A stretch of DNA of 64,000 nt from Lachnospiraceae bacterium. GTDB lineage: Bacteria > Bacillota > Clostridia > Lachnospirales > Lachnospiraceae. This document shows, in pieces, positions 63,428 through 64,000 of the stretch (positions are counted from its first letter, which is position 1; the number at the start of each line of letters is the position of its first letter). The translations under genes were made by a program, and so were the position numbers. Where the stretch lies: the NCBI GenBank assembly GCA_045112155.1, contig JBGUHN010000043.1, forward strand, positions 617 through 64,616. The letters are read 5' to 3'. Under the pieces are notes generated by a model, which was not told where the DNA came from, did not search any database, and saw only the letters and a program-made list of their open reading frames with translations.

Positions 63428-64000
63428 AATTGGACGATGTTCGCGATCCCTTTGTAAGCAGAAAGTATAACTATTACAAAGGCGGATACCCACAGTACAA
63501 CTATACTACTAACGACGAACTATTCTGGGACAAGGTTTTTAACGGCCCTGAAATCAATGAGGTGAGCCTAAAATATGTACCGATGATTAAACGGCTCTGC
63601 GAGGAAAACGGCATCGCAATGGCTATCATTAAGAGCCCTAATTACAGCCGATGGGGGTATGATGATAAGCAGACAAAAATTGTACGAGACTACGCTGCAG
63701 AACTAGGCGTACCCTTTATAGATTTTCACCTTAAAGAAAACTGCAACTTTGAGGAGTGGGATTACGGCTATGAGACTGGTCGCTTGAATGTATTCGGCGT
63801 GAAGAAGTTAAGCGAAACCTTGGGACGATACCTGTCTGAGGACTTTGGTTTACAGCCGACTATATTGTCTGAGAAGGATAAGGCTGCGTGGGATGAGTGT
63901 GTGGACTGGTATTACAAGAAAGCGGAAGAGAACGGGTGCAGTATAACGGAGGGGCGAATTGCCCAAATATGCAACCGTGATAGTGCGATTCGCCTACGCT
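63424..64000 (+). CDS. SGNH/DltD-like acyltransferase-partner protein, apparently N-terminally truncated; open to the window end
   Basis: The frame is open only from 63385, with the first ATG at 63424 overlapping the remnant stop (ATATGA). No N-terminal TM. 'YETGRLNVFGVKKLSETLGRYL' resembles SGNH block V. GC is higher than in the segment to its left. Confidence 0.4.
   Translation, partial: MKLDDVRDPFVSRKYNYYKGGYPQYNYTTNDELFWDKVFNGPEINEVSLKYVPMIKRLCEENGIAMAIIKSPNYSRWGYDDKQTKIVRDYAAELGVPFIDFHLKENCNFEEWDYGYETGRLNVFGVKKLSETLGRYLSEDFGLQPTILSEKDKAAWDECVDWYYKKAEENGCSITEGRIAQICNRDSAIRLR

Overview
A 64-kb chromosomal window, most likely from a Gram-positive Clostridia/Lachnospiraceae-like organism. 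Supporting signs are GGAGG-type RBSs, lipobox lipoproteins, a class C sortase with an LPXTG pilin, and a SpoVK-like AAA protein. The backbone is roughly 50-60% GC by eye, with clearly AT-rich islets. I found no rRNA, tRNA, CRISPR array, cas gene, transposase or integrase.

Gene content, left to right:
- a LarE-like PP-loop protein plus a three-subunit xanthine-dehydrogenase-family operon
- an AT-rich orphan with a nuclease-like C-terminus
- a large Pro/Gly-rich beta-helix-like lipoprotein
- an AT-rich candidate toxin/lipoprotein-immunity pair
- a GT4 glycosyltransferase and a GH13 alpha-glucosidase
- an HTH-Uma2 nuclease-family protein and a PQQ-like beta-propeller membrane protein
- a HAD phosphatase and NadE
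- a papain-like protein plus a degenerate ATPase-like protein
- a Zn-ribbon-DUF4145 protein, a DUF1858 protein, a 5-formyl-THF cyclo-ligase, a SpoVK-like AAA and an EEP-family protein
- a PhoR/PhoP-like two-component pair and an orphan solute-binding lipoprotein
- a signalling block: Hpt, a 1248-aa CheB-CheR-PAS-HK-REC protein, and a hybrid kinase whose H-box His is replaced
- a very acidic repeat protein with a small paralogous partner
- signal peptidase I, sortase C and an LPXTG pilin
- a cell-wall polysaccharide locus whose right half (about 53.8-63.4 kb) is strongly AT-rich. It encodes an ABC-2 exporter, GT2s, three TupA-like ATP-grasp amidoligases, CapA, an acyltransferase-3 and an N5-(carboxyethyl)ornithine-synthase-like dehydrogenase. 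It ends at a truncated MBOAT/SGNH junction.

The most unusual content is non-coding:
- Four copies of a composite repeat element occupy about 4 kb. Each is a 108-bp tandem array with a three-box CGGGCAGT alternative-hairpin unit plus a conserved tail. Each is co-oriented with, and abuts the 3' end of, a gene.
- There is a second dispersed ~55-bp repeat family.
- Many unrelated short tandem repeats share 37/74-bp periods.
- A ~250-bp GC-rich segment is densely structured and may be an RNA.
- The palindrome TTTGCAAA is strongly over-represented and is always read in frame as Phe-Ala-Asn/Lys when it falls in a gene.
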